From Candidatus Eiseniibacteriota bacterium (GTDB lineage Bacteria > Eisenbacteria > RBG-16-71-46), in contig CAVSAC010000008.1 in the NCBI GenBank assembly GCA_963725865.1, positions 1 to 47,281 on the forward strand: DNA of 47,281 nt. The letters are read 5' to 3'. Positions 11,171 through 21,982 of the stretch are shown piece by piece. A program made the translations under genes and the position numbers. Position 1 is the first letter of the stretch, and every line of letters starts with the position of its first letter. The notes under the pieces were generated by a model. The model did no database searches. It saw nothing but the letters and a program-made list of their open reading frames with translations, and was not told the DNA's origin.

Positions 11171-12236
11171 CGGCCGCGAGCCTCGGACGCACCTGCGTGC
11201 CGGCCGGCACCTTGCGCGGCTCCAGCACCACGCGCTCGCCGGGCGTGAGACCGCGCCGCACCACCACGCGCTCCGAAGGCCAGTCGATGATGTCCACCGC
11301 GCGCCGCTCGGTGCGATCCCCGCGCACCACCAGCACCCAGGGCTCGAGCCCGAGCCCCGCCACCGCGTGGCGCGGCACGGTCACCGCGTCGGGGTGGCGC
11401 TCGATGGCGAGGTTGACGTCGAGCGAGAGCCCCGCCGGCAGCGCGGGGGGCGGGTCGGTGAAGCGCATGCGCACGACCACCGCGCCGCTGGCCGCGTCCA
11501 CCACGCGGCCGATGTAGACCACCTGGGCGTGGTAGAGCGTGCGCCGGCCGGTGAGCGGCGCGACCAGCGCCGGCATGCCGAGGCGCAGCTCGGCCAGGTA
11601 CTGCTCGTCCACGTCGGCCTCGATCAGCGGGTCGCGCGCGGTCGCCACCTCGACCACCACGGTCTGGGTGGTGACGGTCTGGCCGGGGTCCACCGGGCGC
11701 TCGAGCACGAAGCCGTCCACGGGCGAGCGCACCACGTGGTCCTCGAGCCGGGCGCGCGCTTCGCGCACGCTCTCGCGCAGCGCGCGCAGGGTGGCGTCGG
11801 CGTCATCGGCGGCGCGGCGCGCCTGCTCGAGCTGCTGGTCGGCGACGAGTCCCTGCGCCTGCAGCGCCTGCGCGCGCGTCAGGTCGCGATGCGCCTGCGC
11901 CGCGGTCGGCGCCTGGGCCGCCGCGCGCGCCACCGCCTGCGCGAGTGCGGCGCGCGCGCCCTCGTCGTCGATGCGCGCCAGCACCTGGCCGCGCTTCACC
12001 GCGTCGCCCTCCTCGCACGGCAGCGCCACCAGCCGCCCGGCCACCAGCGCGGTGATGCGGTTGCGGTGCGTGGGGCGCAGGCGCCCGGTCACCGCCAGGG
12101 TGCGCTCCACGGTCTCGCGGCGCACCTCCGCCACGTCGGCCACGGGGGGGCGGCGCAGGAAGCTGGTGATGGCGACGGCCAGCGCCAGGAACACCAGCAG
12201 GAGCAGGTAGGGGACGAGGCGGCGGAACAGGCGCAT
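11160..12236 (-). CDS. Efflux periplasmic adaptor (MacA/HlyD-type membrane fusion protein)
   Basis: N-terminal anchor; EEGDAVKRGQVLARID; coiled coil; VRSPVDGFV; coupled to the permease and ATPase genes. Confidence 0.9.
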   Translation of the reverse strand: MRLFRRLVPYLLLLVFLALAVAITSFLRRPPVADVAEVRRETVERTLAVTGRLRPTHRNRITALVAGRLVALPCEEGDAVKRGQVLARIDDEGARAALAQAVARAAAQAPTAAQAHRDLTRAQALQAQGLVADQQLEQARRAADDADATLRALRESVREARARLEDHVVRSPVDGFVLERPVDPGQTVTTQTVVVEVATARDPLIEADVDEQYLAELRLGMPALVAPLTGRRTLYHAQVVYIGRVVDAASGAVVVRMRFTDPPPALPAGLSLDVNLAIERHPDAVTVPRHAVAGLGLEPWVLVVRGDRTERRAVDIIDWPSERVVVRRGLTPGERVVLEPRKVPAGTQVRPRLAADGL

Positions 12237-12743
12237 GGGCGGGCCGTGGCTGGAGGTCGGACTCAGGGCGGACGGCCGTGCGCGGGAGGCCAGGGACGGC
12301 CATCACGCGCCGGGGGTGAACCCTCCGAGGTCAGCCCCACTGTAGCCCCGGGACCGTATCGAGAGGAAACACCCGCCGGTCGTCGCACCCAGAAGGGCGG
12401 GCGGGGAAGAGGGACTTGAGGTTGCGCCCTGGTTCTGCGGTACCATCAAGAGCGTCAGGACCCTACTGACAGCCGTGAGCCGCATCCTGCAGGGTCCCTG
12501 CTCCTGGCCGCCCGCGCCGATCCCGTCCCGGAAGCGCGCGGGGAGGACGTGTCGTCGCGGGCCGACCCCGCGGCGACACAGCCGGCATGGGCACCTCCTG
12601 CTCGTGCACCCGCCGCATCCCACGCGGCGGCCCCATCCCATCCGGTCGCATGACGCGCCGGGGCTCCGTCCACCCCTGGACGGCGGCCGATCCTCGATGG
12701 AGCCATGAGCGCGACGCGCTCGACGCACGATTCGGAGCCGTGA

Positions 12744-15700
12744 ATGCCCACCAGCCGCTACCCCTCGATCCCCGTCCCGCGCCGGTTGCTGGCCCTCGCG
12801 CTGGCGCTGGTGTTCCCGCTGATCCCCAGCGGCGGCGCCCAAGCCCAGACCGGCGTGAAGCTCGATGGGGTCAACGACCACGTCACCTTCGGCACCGCCT
12901 CGTCCCTGGGGGCCAGCACCTTCACCGTCGAGTGCTGGTTCCGGCGCGAAGGCACCGGCGTGACCACCACCACCGGCACCGGCGGGCTCGCCAACGCCAT
13001 CCCGCTCGTCACCAAGGGGCGCGGCGAGGCCGAGACTCCGGCCAACCTCAACATGAACTACTTCCTCGGCATCCGCTCCGACGGCGTGATCGCGGGGGAC
13101 TTCGAGGAGGGCTCCGGCCCCAATCATCCCATCGCCGGCGTGACGGCGATCCAGCTCAACCTCTGGTATCACGCCGCGCTCACCTTCGACGCCGCGACCG
13201 GGCGCTACCGGCTCTACCTGAATGGTGCGATCGAGAAGGACACCACGCTGGCCGCCGGCATCGCGCCCGCCTCCACCAGCATCCAGCACGCCGCGCTCGG
13301 CACCGCCATGACCTCGACCGGCGCCGCCGCGGGGTACTTCCTCGGCACCCTCGACGAGGCGCGCATCTGGAACGTGGCGCGCACCCAGCCGCAGATCCTG
13401 AGCGGACTCGCCGGGGGGCTCACCTCGGGCGCCGGGCTGCTCGGACGCTGGGGCCTCGACGAGGGCGCCGGCACCTCCGCCGGCAATTCAGTGGCGGGCG
13501 GCGCCGGGGGCACGCTGGTGAACGGCCCCGACCTGGGTCGGCGGTGCACCCTTCGCGCTCAGCTATGCGCTCAGGCTCGGCGCTTCGAACGGCTCCGTGA
13601 CCTTCGGCAACGCCGCTGCGCTCGGCCTGCCCCAGTTCACGCTCGAGACCTGGTTCCGCCGCGACGGCACCGGCGCCACCGCCAGCACCGGCAGTGGCGG
13701 CGTGGTCGCGCTGCCGCTGGTGACCAAGGGCATGGCCGAGACCGATGGCAGCAACGTCGACATGAACTGGTTCCTCGGCATCCGCGGGACCGACAGCGTG
13801 CTGGTCGCGGACTTCGAGGAGGGCGCGGCGGGCACCACCCCCGGGCTCAACCATCCGGTGATCGGCGCGACGCCGGTGGCGCGCGGGCGCTGGTACCACG
13901 CCGCCGCGACCTACGACGGCACCACCTGGCGGCTCTACCTGGACGGCAGCCTCGACGCCACGCTGACCGTGGGTCAGCCCCCGCAGTCGGCGAGCATCCA
14001 GCACGCCGGCCTCGGCGTGGCGCTCAACTCCACCGGGGTGGCGAGCGGTCACTTCGACGGCGCGCTCGACGAGGCGCGGGTGTGGGACCGCGCGCGCACC
14101 GAGACCGAGATCCGCGCCGCGGCCAACACCGCGATCACCGCGCCGACCAGCGGACTGGTCGCGCGCTGGGGCCTCGACGAGGGCGCGGGCAGCACGGCGG
14201 CCGGCGGCGCCGGCACCGCCGTCAGCGGCACCATCACCGGGAGCGGCTGGAGCTGGGCCCTGCCGGCGCCGTTCGACCTGGCGTTCGTCTTCCCGGCCGA
14301 CCCGACCGACCTCACCGCCACCGCGGTGACGCACGCCCGCATCGACCTGGAGTGGACCGACCAGTCCAGCGACGAGCAGTCGTTCCAGATCGAGCGCTCC
14401 ACCGCCGGCGTGGACGGGCCCTACGCCCTGCTGGCGAGCGTCGGCGCGAACGTCGCCACGTACGCCGACCTCGAGGTGACGCCGAGCACGCCCTACTGCT
14501 ACCGGGTGCGCGCCCACAACGCCGCGGGCTTCTCGGGGTACGCCGCGCCCGCGTGCGCCACGACGCCTTCGCAGTCCAACACCGCGCTCGACCTGGCCGG
14601 CACCAACGCCTACGTCAGCTTCGGTGCCGCGCCCGCGCTCGGGCTCTCCGAGTTCACGGTCGAATGCTGGTTCCGTCGCGACGGCGCCGGCGCCACCGCG
14701 AACACCGGCACCGGCGGCATGTACGCGGTGCCGCTGGTCACCAAGGGCCGCGGCGAGGCCGAGAACAGCACCGTCGACATGAACTGGTTCCTCGGCATCC
14801 GCGCCAGCGACGGCGTGCTCGCCGCCGACTTCGAGGAAGGCGCGACCGGCGCCACGCCGGGGCTCAACCACCCGGTGTTCGGCGTCACGCCCATCGCGAC
14901 CGGCCAGTGGTATCACGGGGCGGTCACCTACGACGGCGCCACCTGGCGCCTGTACCTGAACGGCGCGCTCGAGAACACCTCGACCGTGGGCCAGCCTCCG
15001 CGCTTCGACAGCATCCAGCACGCCGCGCTCGGCAGCGCGCTCAACTCCACCGGCGTGGCCGAGGGCTACTTCGACGGCGTGATCGACGAGGCGCGGGTGT
15101 GGAACTACGCCCGCACCGAGGCCGAGATCGCCGCCGACATGAACGCGCCGATCACCGGCGTGCGCGCCGGCCTGGTCGCGCGCTGGGGCCTCGACGAGGG
15201 CGCGGGCACCGCGGTGGCTTCGACCTCGAGCACGGCGTTGCCGGGCACCGTCATCGGCACCGCCTACGCCTGGACGACCGGCGCGCCGTTCGACGCGCAC
15301 GCCAATCACGCCCCGGCGGCACCGGCCAACGCCGGACCCGCCGATGGCGCCAGCGGCGTGGCCATCAGCCCCGCGCTCGCGGTGCAGGTGAGCGATCCCG
15401 ACGGCGATCCGATGGACGTCACCTTCTACGGCCGTCCCCAGCCGGGCGCGGCCGGGGCGGACTTCACCGTGGTGCTCCTGCCCGACGCGCAGAACTACAC
15501 CTCGCAGGCCGGCACCAGCAGCAGCGCGATGCTCAGGGCGCAGACCCAGTGGGTGGTCGCCAACCGCGTCGCGCGCAACATCGTCTTCGTGAGCCAGATC
15601 GGCGACCTGAGCGAGACCGGCGACGCGGCCGAGATCCAGTGGATGCGGGCCGACACGGCGTTGCGGATCCTCGAGGACCCGATCGCCACCGGCCTCGCGC

Positions 15701-17112
15701 ACGGGGTGCCCTACGACGTCACCGTGGGCAACCACGACCAGACGCCCAACGGCGATCCCAGCGCGCCGGCGGTCTTCTACAACCAGTACTTCGGCGCGGC
15801 GCGCTTCGCGGGCCGGCCCTACCGCGGCGGCCAGCGCGAGCCGGCGCGCGCCAACGACCACTTCTCGCTGTTCAGTGCCGGCGGCCTGGACTGGATCCTC
15901 ATCAGCCTGCAGTACAGCACGAGCCCGCAGGCCGCGGCCGTCACCTGGGCCGACAGCCTGCTCGCCGCGCACGCCGGTCGCAAGGCGATCATCGCCGTGC
16001 ACAACCTGCTCGGCACCGGCAACCCGGCGGCATGGACCGGGCAGGGTCAGGGGGTGTACGACGCGCTCAAGGCGCACCCCAACGTGGCTCTGATGCTGTG
16101 TGGACACACCGCGGGCGAGGGACGCCGCTCGGACGTCTTCGCCGGCCACACCATCCACACCCTGCTACAGGACTACCAGGACCGCGCCAGCGGCGGCTCG
16201 GGCTGGATGCGGATCCTCGAGTTCTCGCCCGCGAACGATGTGGTGCGGGTGCGTACCTACTCGCCGTGGCTCGATCAGTGGGAGGCCGACGCGGACTCCA
16301 GCAGCCAGTTCACGCTGCCGCTGGACCTCGGCGGCGGGCCCGCGTTCGCGTCCATCGGCACGGTCGACGCGGTGACCTCCGGTGCGACCGCGACCCTGCC
16401 GTGGCCGGGCCGGTCGCAGCTCACCGGCTACGAGTGGTACGCGATCGCGAACGACGGCCAGCGCGCCGCCACCAGCGCGACCTGGTCGTTCGTCACCCGC
16501 GACGCCGAGGCGCCGTCGGTCGCGGTGGGCGCTCCCAACGGCGGCGAGTCGTGGACCGCCGGCTCGAGCCACGCCATCACCTGGAGTGCGTCGGACAACG
16601 TCGGCGTGACCGGCGTGGACGTGCTGCTCTCGCGTGCCGGCCTGGGCGGACCGTGGGAGACGCTGGCCAGCGGCGTGCCCAACACCGGCACGTTCGCCTG
16701 GACCGTCTCCGGCGCGGCCAGCGCCGACGCGCGCCTCAAGGTGGTGGCGTACGATGCCGCCGCCAACGCCGGCGAGGACGTGAGCGACGCGGCGTTCGCG
16801 ATCGTGGGCACCACCGGCGTCGACGCGGTGGCGATCGTGGAGTTCGCGCTCGCGCCGGTGCGGCCCAACCCGATGCGCGGCGCCGGTCAGGTGGCATTCG
16901 ACCTGCCGCGCCAGGCGCGGGTGCGCCTCACCGTGCACGACCTGCAGGGCCGCGAGGTCGCAGTGCTCGCCGAGGGTCTGTATCCGGCCGGGCGGCACGC
17001 CGCGACCTGGACCGGGCGGACCGATGCCGGCCGCGCGGGGGCGGGGATGTACTTCGTGCGGATGCGCGCCGGGGGACGCGAGTTCGTGCGCCGCGTGGCG
17101 CTCATGAGGTAG
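12744..17112 (+). CDS. Large secreted protein: 3x LamG-like, Fn3, metallophosphoesterase, Ig-like, C-terminal FlgD/T9SS-like domain; one frameshift in the C-run at ~13526-13529
   Basis: Signal peptide; repeated FT(V/L)E(C/T)WFRR...WYH(A/G)A...DEAR(I/V)W...RWGLDEG; phosphoesterase motifs PDAQ, GDL, GNHD, CGH; PNP...DLQGREV...GMYFVRM tail; removing one C joins ORFs 12744 and 13597. Confidence 0.88.
12860..15290 (+). repeat. Three intragenic LamG domain repeats (~12860-13530, ~13590-14260, ~14580-15290)
   Basis: Recurring near-identical DNA blocks such as acatgaact(ac/gg)ttcctcggcatccgc and cgctggggcctcgacgagggcgc. Confidence 0.85.
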
Positions 17113-17172
17113 GCGCGCAGGCAGGCGCGTCGCGACGACGGGCGTCCGGAGGTGACTCCGGGCGCCCTCGGC
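17051..17172 (+). repeat. Direct repeat copy 1 (last ~20 codons of the LamG gene plus ~60 bp downstream)
   Basis: Aligns to 18070-18189 with a few substitutions and one 2-bp indel. Confidence 0.9.
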
Positions 17173-17263
17173 GTCCGCGGTCCCGGCGGGCGCCCGCGCG
17201 CCGGCCGCCGCAGGGCGCCGCCCGGCACCATTGCGGGGGCGCGGCGCCACGGCGGGAGCGCGG

Positions 17264-17857
17264 CTAGCGCTTCGCCGGGAGCAGCGCCTCGAGCGCCGCG
17301 ACGAGCCTGGAGTCGAGCGGGTCGGTCCGCGGGTCGAAGCGCGCGGTGACCCTGCCCTCGGGAGAGACCAGGAACTTGGTGAAGTTCCAGGGGATGTCGC
17401 CCGGGAAGCCCGAGTCATGGGTGAGGTAGGCTTAGAGCGGCGCGATCTCCTTGCCCTTCACGCTGAGCTTGGAGAAGAGCGGGAACGTGGTCTTGTAGTT
17501 CAGCTCGCAGAAGCTCTGGATCTCCTGGTTGGTGCCCGGCTCCTGGCCCATGAAATCGTTCGCCGGGAATGCGAGCACCTCGAAGCCGCGCGCCCGGTAC
17601 TTCTCGTAGAGGGCCTCGAGCGACCGGTACTGCGGGGTGAAGCCGCACTTCGACGCCGTGTTCACGATCAGGACGGCCTTCCCCTTGTACTCGGCGAGCG
17701 AACGGGCCTTGCCGTCGATGGTGGTGACGTCGAAGTCGTAGATGCTCCGGGTCATCGTCCTGCCTCCGCCCGCGGCCGTGCTGACGGCCGGCGAGAGTGC
17801 GGCCATCATCACGGCGGCCGCCAAGCCCATGCTCAGACTGCTGCGCCTCATCCGCAT
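17264..17857 (-). pseudogene. Glutathione peroxidase (Cys-type, signal peptide) with an in-frame TAA at 17432-17434; nonsense allele or sequencing error
   Basis: VNTASKCGFTPQY, LAFPANDF, then APL*AYLT...IPWNFTKFLV in the same frame to TAG at 17264. Confidence 0.8.
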
Positions 17858-18069
17858 CTCCTTCAGCCGCGGACCGGGCCGTGACCGCGCGCCGCCACTG
17901 CGTCCCGATCGACGACGGCGCGGGGGTGCGGGGACGGACTCGGGGCGGCGGTTCGGGACCCCAATGGAGACTCCACCGTGCGCCCCCTGGGATGCGCGCG
18001 CATGCGCGCGCGATTCGTGCTGGCGCGGCCGAGCGGGGGTTCGCGAGGCACCCGTTCAGTGGAGGCGGA

Positions 18070-18189
18070 ACTTCGTGCGGGGCCCTGCCGGGGGACGCGA
18101 GTTCGTGCGCCTTGGCGCTCATGAGGTAGGCGCTCAGGTGGGCGCGTCGCGACGACGGGCGTCCGGAGATGACTCCGGGCGCCCTCGGC
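18070..18189 (+). repeat. Direct repeat copy 2 (degenerate copy of the LamG gene 3' end)
   Basis: gccgggggacgcgagttcgtgcgcc...tggcgctcatgaggtaggcgc...cgcgacgacgggcgtccggag shared with 17051-17172. Confidence 0.9.
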
Positions 18190-18364
18190 CGGCCGCGCCG
18201 GCCGGACGATCCCACCCGCGGGCGTCGCGGCCCCGGACGCGGCAGCGGGCCCGCCCGGCGCGGGCCGGAACGGGAGCGGGCGCTTGGGCCGGGCTGGCCT
18301 GCCTGCTACGCTTGATCCGCGTCGATCGGGCGCGATCCTCGTCCCCATGGAGGTTCCGAGCACC

Positions 18365-18679
18365 ATGTCCCGCGCCCTCGCCTGTGCCCTCCTGGCCGCG
18401 ACGCTCCTGTGCGCCGCGGTGCCCGCCCATGCCGCCACCTATCGCGGCCGCAACGTGGACCGCCGGACCTGGCACTGCAACGCCTCCACCAACGACTACG
18501 GTGTGTTCCGCGACTGCGAGGTGCGCTTCGACGGCGAGCGCGCGTACCTGACGCTGCCGAGCGGACTGCGGATCGTGCTGATCCTCGACGAGGAGCACAT
18601 CAGCGACCCGCGCGAGGTGGTGGCGTTCGACCACAAGCGCGGGCTGCGCTGGGAGCTCGACGTCCTCGACCTGAGCTGA
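18365..18679 (+). CDS. Small secreted hypothetical protein
   Basis: GGAGG RBS; signal peptide ending AHA; genome-typical codon usage; two Cys in the mature part. Confidence 0.75.
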   Translation: MSRALACALLAATLLCAAVPAHAATYRGRNVDRRTWHCNASTNDYGVFRDCEVRFDGERAYLTLPSGLRIVLILDEEHISDPREVVAFDHKRGLRWELDVLDLS

Positions 18680-18703
18680 GCGCGGGACGCTCCCGGACAC
18701 GGA

Positions 18704-18734
18704 ACGGCCGCGGCGCGCATCGCGCCGCGGCCGT
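18704..18734. terminator. Perfect 14-bp hairpin between convergent genes
   Basis: acggccgcggcgcg-cat-cgcgccgcggccgt; no U-tract. Confidence 0.55.
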
Positions 18735-18754
18735 CCGCGTCCCTGCCGGCGAGG

Positions 18755-20668
18755 CTACTTCTTCTTCGGCGGGGCGTTGCGCGCCGCCACGATCTTCTCC
18801 ATCTCGTCCATGACGCGGTTCATCTCGGCGATCGCCGAGTTGAACGGGGCCGAGGTGGTCATGTCCACGCCGGCGCCCTTGAGCAGGTCGATCGGGTACT
18901 TCGACGAGCCCGAGGACAGCATGTTGAGGTAGGCATCGCGCGCCTTGGTGGACGGCTTCTTCGCCGTCGCCTCGGCCAGGATCGAGTTCGCGATCGAGGA
19001 CGACGCCACGATGCTGGTGGAGTACGAGTACACGTAGAAGTTGTAGTAGAAGTGGGGGATGTAGGCCCATTCGATGCCGTACATCGGGTTGATGCGGCAC
19101 ACACCCTGATCGTCACCGTAGTACTGCTTGAGCATGTCGAGGTAGATCCGGCTCATCGCCTCGCCCGACAGCGCCTCGCCCTTCTCGGCCATGTCGTGGA
19201 TCTTGAGCTCGAACTCGGCGAACAGGGTCTGCCGGAACAGCGTGGTGCGCAGGTTGTCGAGCCGGCTGCCGAGCAGGAACAGGCGGACGTCCGGGTCCTT
19301 GGTCTGCTTCAGCATGTAGTCGAGCAGCAGCGCCTCGTTGCAGGTCGACGCCACCTCGGCCACGAAGATCGGGTAGCCGGAGTTCACGTACGGCTGGTGC
19401 TCGTACGACAGGAAGGTGTGCATCGAGTGGCCCGACTCGTGGGCCAGCGTCGACACCTCGTCGTAGATGCCGGTGAAGTTCTGCAGCTGGTACGGGTGCA
19501 CGCCGAACGCGCCGGTGCTGTAGGCGCCCGAGCGCTTGCCGGCGGTGGGCTCCCAGTCGATCCAGCGGCTGTTGAAGCCCTTCTGCAGCGTGGTGACGTA
19601 GTCCGGACCCAGCGGGGCCACCGCCTTGAGCGTCATGTCCATCGCCTGCTCGGGGGTGTAGCGCAGGTCGACCTTCTTCACCACCGGCGCGTACAGGTCC
19701 TCGTAGCGCAGCGTGTCGACACCCATCATCCTCTGGCGCAGTCTGAGATAGCGGTGGAGCGTCGGAAGGTTGGCGTGCACGTCGCTGATGAGCTGCGTGT
19801 ACACCGCCGGCGGCACGTTGGGACCGAACAGCGCCGACTGCATGCACGAGTCGAACTTGCGCGTCTCCTTGGCGAACACGTGCGCCTGCACCTGCGCGTA
19901 GAGCATGCTGCCCAGCGTCTGCTCGAACTCGCGGTAGCGCGACCAGAAGGCGTCGAACACCTTCATGCGGTCGTCACGGTTGGTCGAGGCGCGGTACTTG
20001 GTGTAGCCCTGCGCGTCGAGCTTCACGGTCTGACCGTCCGAGAGCGTCACGCTCGGGTAGGGCAGGTCCGAGTTCGTGAACACGTCGTGCAGCGTGCCGC
20101 CCGCGCCCGCCATGTCGCCGGTCTTGGCGAGGATCTGCTCCTCGGACGCTCCGAGCGTGTGGGGCTCCCAGCGCAGGATGTCGTCGAGGAACACCTGGTA
20201 GGGCGCCAGGCGCTTGTCCGACGCGACGAACCCGCGCACCTTCTCGCTGCCGAGCTTGAGGATCTCCGGCTGCATGTACGAGGTGGCCGCGTTGTAGTCC
20301 ACGAACAGCTGCTGCGCCTGCTGGTTCATCTCGAGCGCCTTGCTGACCCGCTTGTCCTGGTCGCTGAGCATGCTCGAATACACGTTGAGCCGCTCGAGAT
20401 CCTTCTGCACGCCCATGCGGGCGTCGAGCGCGGTGAAGAAGACGTCCGCCGACTCGCCCAGGCGGCCCTGGAACTTCGAGAGCTCGGGGATGCGCTTCTC
20501 GAGGTCGGCCTTGGCCGTCTGCCACGCATCGGCCGACGGGTAGAGGTCGGTGAGGTTCCAGGTGTACTTCTCGGCCACTTCCGAACGCTCCTTGGCCGGA
20601 GCGGGGGCGGCCGCCAGCAGGAGCGCCGCGGCCAGCGCGAAAGTGAGATGCGACCGGTTGATCCTCAT
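18755..20668 (-). CDS. pepF: Oligoendopeptidase F (M3B) with N-terminal signal peptide
   Basis: KYTWNLTDLY; GKRSGAYS; TLAHESGHSMH; FVAEVAST; FRQTLFAEFE; WAYIPHFYYNFYVY. Confidence 0.93.
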   Translation of the reverse strand: MRINRSHLTFALAAALLLAAAPAPAKERSEVAEKYTWNLTDLYPSADAWQTAKADLEKRIPELSKFQGRLGESADVFFTALDARMGVQKDLERLNVYSSMLSDQDKRVSKALEMNQQAQQLFVDYNAATSYMQPEILKLGSEKVRGFVASDKRLAPYQVFLDDILRWEPHTLGASEEQILAKTGDMAGAGGTLHDVFTNSDLPYPSVTLSDGQTVKLDAQGYTKYRASTNRDDRMKVFDAFWSRYREFEQTLGSMLYAQVQAHVFAKETRKFDSCMQSALFGPNVPPAVYTQLISDVHANLPTLHRYLRLRQRMMGVDTLRYEDLYAPVVKKVDLRYTPEQAMDMTLKAVAPLGPDYVTTLQKGFNSRWIDWEPTAGKRSGAYSTGAFGVHPYQLQNFTGIYDEVSTLAHESGHSMHTFLSYEHQPYVNSGYPIFVAEVASTCNEALLLDYMLKQTKDPDVRLFLLGSRLDNLRTTLFRQTLFAEFELKIHDMAEKGEALSGEAMSRIYLDMLKQYYGDDQGVCRINPMYGIEWAYIPHFYYNFYVYSYSTSIVASSSIANSILAEATAKKPSTKARDAYLNMLSSGSSKYPIDLLKGAGVDMTTSAPFNSAIAEMNRVMDEMEKIVAARNAPPKKK

Positions 20669-20849
20669 TCGAGAGCCTCGCTTCTCGTCCGGGTGGGATG
20701 AAGACCCGCGGTCCTCCGCGGGGGATGCTGGACATCGGGTTCCGACGGCCGGGCATGGTAGCACCGTCGCCGGGAGGGCGCAGGCGCGCCGCGGCGCGCC
20801 ACGACGGACGCGGAGAAGGGTGCGACGAGAGCGGTGCGCGGCGATCGGC

Positions 20850-21212
20850 TCAGGCGCCCGGCTCCTCGGGGGTGCTGTCCTCGGCGAGCTCGGACGTGCG
20901 GTCGGCGATGAGCGCGCGCGCGGCCTCGGCGAGCGCCGCCGGGACGCGCACCAGCGCCGGGCCGGCGATCGCGGAGACGCCCGGGAACGGCTCGGTCACC
21001 GGCTCGTTGTCCACCACGCACGGGATCTGCTCGGCCTCGAGCAGGGCGCGCACGACCGGGATGAGATCCTGGTCGCCGGTCTCGAACACGGTCACCAGGT
21101 CGAGCGGCACCACGTCCGCGCCGGTGGGGAGCTCGTCCACCAGGTCCAAGCCGCAGCGCTCGCACCGCGTCTGGCCCGCGGGATACTCGTTCCTGCACTG
21201 CGGACAGAACAT
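20850..21212 (-). CDS. Zinc-ribbon plus DUF2007-like domain protein
   Basis: MFCPQCRNEY...RCERCGLDLV; ALLEAEQIPC; VRVP...AEAARALI; AGGAGG RBS. Confidence 0.8.
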   Translation of the reverse strand: MFCPQCRNEYPAGQTRCERCGLDLVDELPTGADVVPLDLVTVFETGDQDLIPVVRALLEAEQIPCVVDNEPVTEPFPGVSAIAGPALVRVPAALAEAARALIADRTSELAEDSTPEEPGA

Positions 21213-21375
21213 GAGGCGCCTCCTTCGGGGTGCGGATGCCTGCGGCTCTCGATGGCCCGAGGCTACTCCATGCCCGCCCGCGGACGCCAACGCGGCCGGC
21301 CCCGGACGCGGCACGCCCCGCCGCGCACCGCGGGAGCGGTGCGACGACGGGGCGTGGACACGGACGGGCGGGAGA

Positions 21376-21936
21376 CTAGTGCACGACCACGATGCGGCGC
21401 TGGCCGATGGTGCGGCCGTCGACCGAGAGCGTGGCGAAGTACACCCCGGCCTTCTCCCCCGGCGTGTTCCACCACACCCGGTGATAGCCCGCCGGCATCA
21501 CCCGCTCGAACGGCTCGCCGACCAGTCGGCCGGTGACGTCGTAGACCGCGAGCCGCACGGTCCCATCGGCCGGCAGCCCGAGCGAGAACGACGCGGTGCC
21601 GCGGGTCGGGTTGGGGTAGGACGGGCCGAAGCTCAGCTCCGTCGGCCGCCCGGGGTCGACGTCACCACCGGGGCCGCCACCGGGGGGGCCGACGGCGAGC
21701 ACGCGCACGCCGCCGAAGCACCAGTAGCCGGAGCACAGGATGGTGAAGGCGTTGTTCGAGCGCATCAGAGTCGCGGGCTGGCCCACGGTGCCCTGGAGCA
21801 CGAAGCCGCCGCCCGCGGTCGGATTGCCGCCCTGGCCGAGCACGCCGCCGCGCAGCGCGTAGGGCGGGATCGCGTGGGCGGCCGAAGCCGCCACCGCGAT
21901 CCCCAGCAGCGCCATCGTCACGATGCGAAGTCTCAT
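21376..21936 (-). CDS. Small secreted protein with C-terminal FlgD/T9SS-like domain
   Basis: Signal peptide; LQGTVGQP...SGYW; YPNP...YDVTGRLV...AGVYF tail. Confidence 0.8.
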   Translation of the reverse strand: MRLRIVTMALLGIAVAASAAHAIPPYALRGGVLGQGGNPTAGGGFVLQGTVGQPATLMRSNNAFTILCSGYWCFGGVRVLAVGPPGGGPGGDVDPGRPTELSFGPSYPNPTRGTASFSLGLPADGTVRLAVYDVTGRLVGEPFERVMPAGYHRVWWNTPGEKAGVYFATLSVDGRTIGQRRIVVVH

Positions 21937-21982
21937 GGTGCCACCTCGAGGTGAGGGACGCGATCGTCGGGACATGGCGGCC

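Noticed and set aside
17432..17434. Selenocysteine or stop-codon recoding in glutathione peroxidase
   Set aside because: The codon is TAA, not TGA, at a non-catalytic Tyr position; the active site is an ordinary Cys
17051..18189. DGR template/variable repeat pair (repeat at a gene's 3' end)
   Set aside because: Mismatches are not adenine-specific, include an indel, and no reverse transcriptase is present in the window
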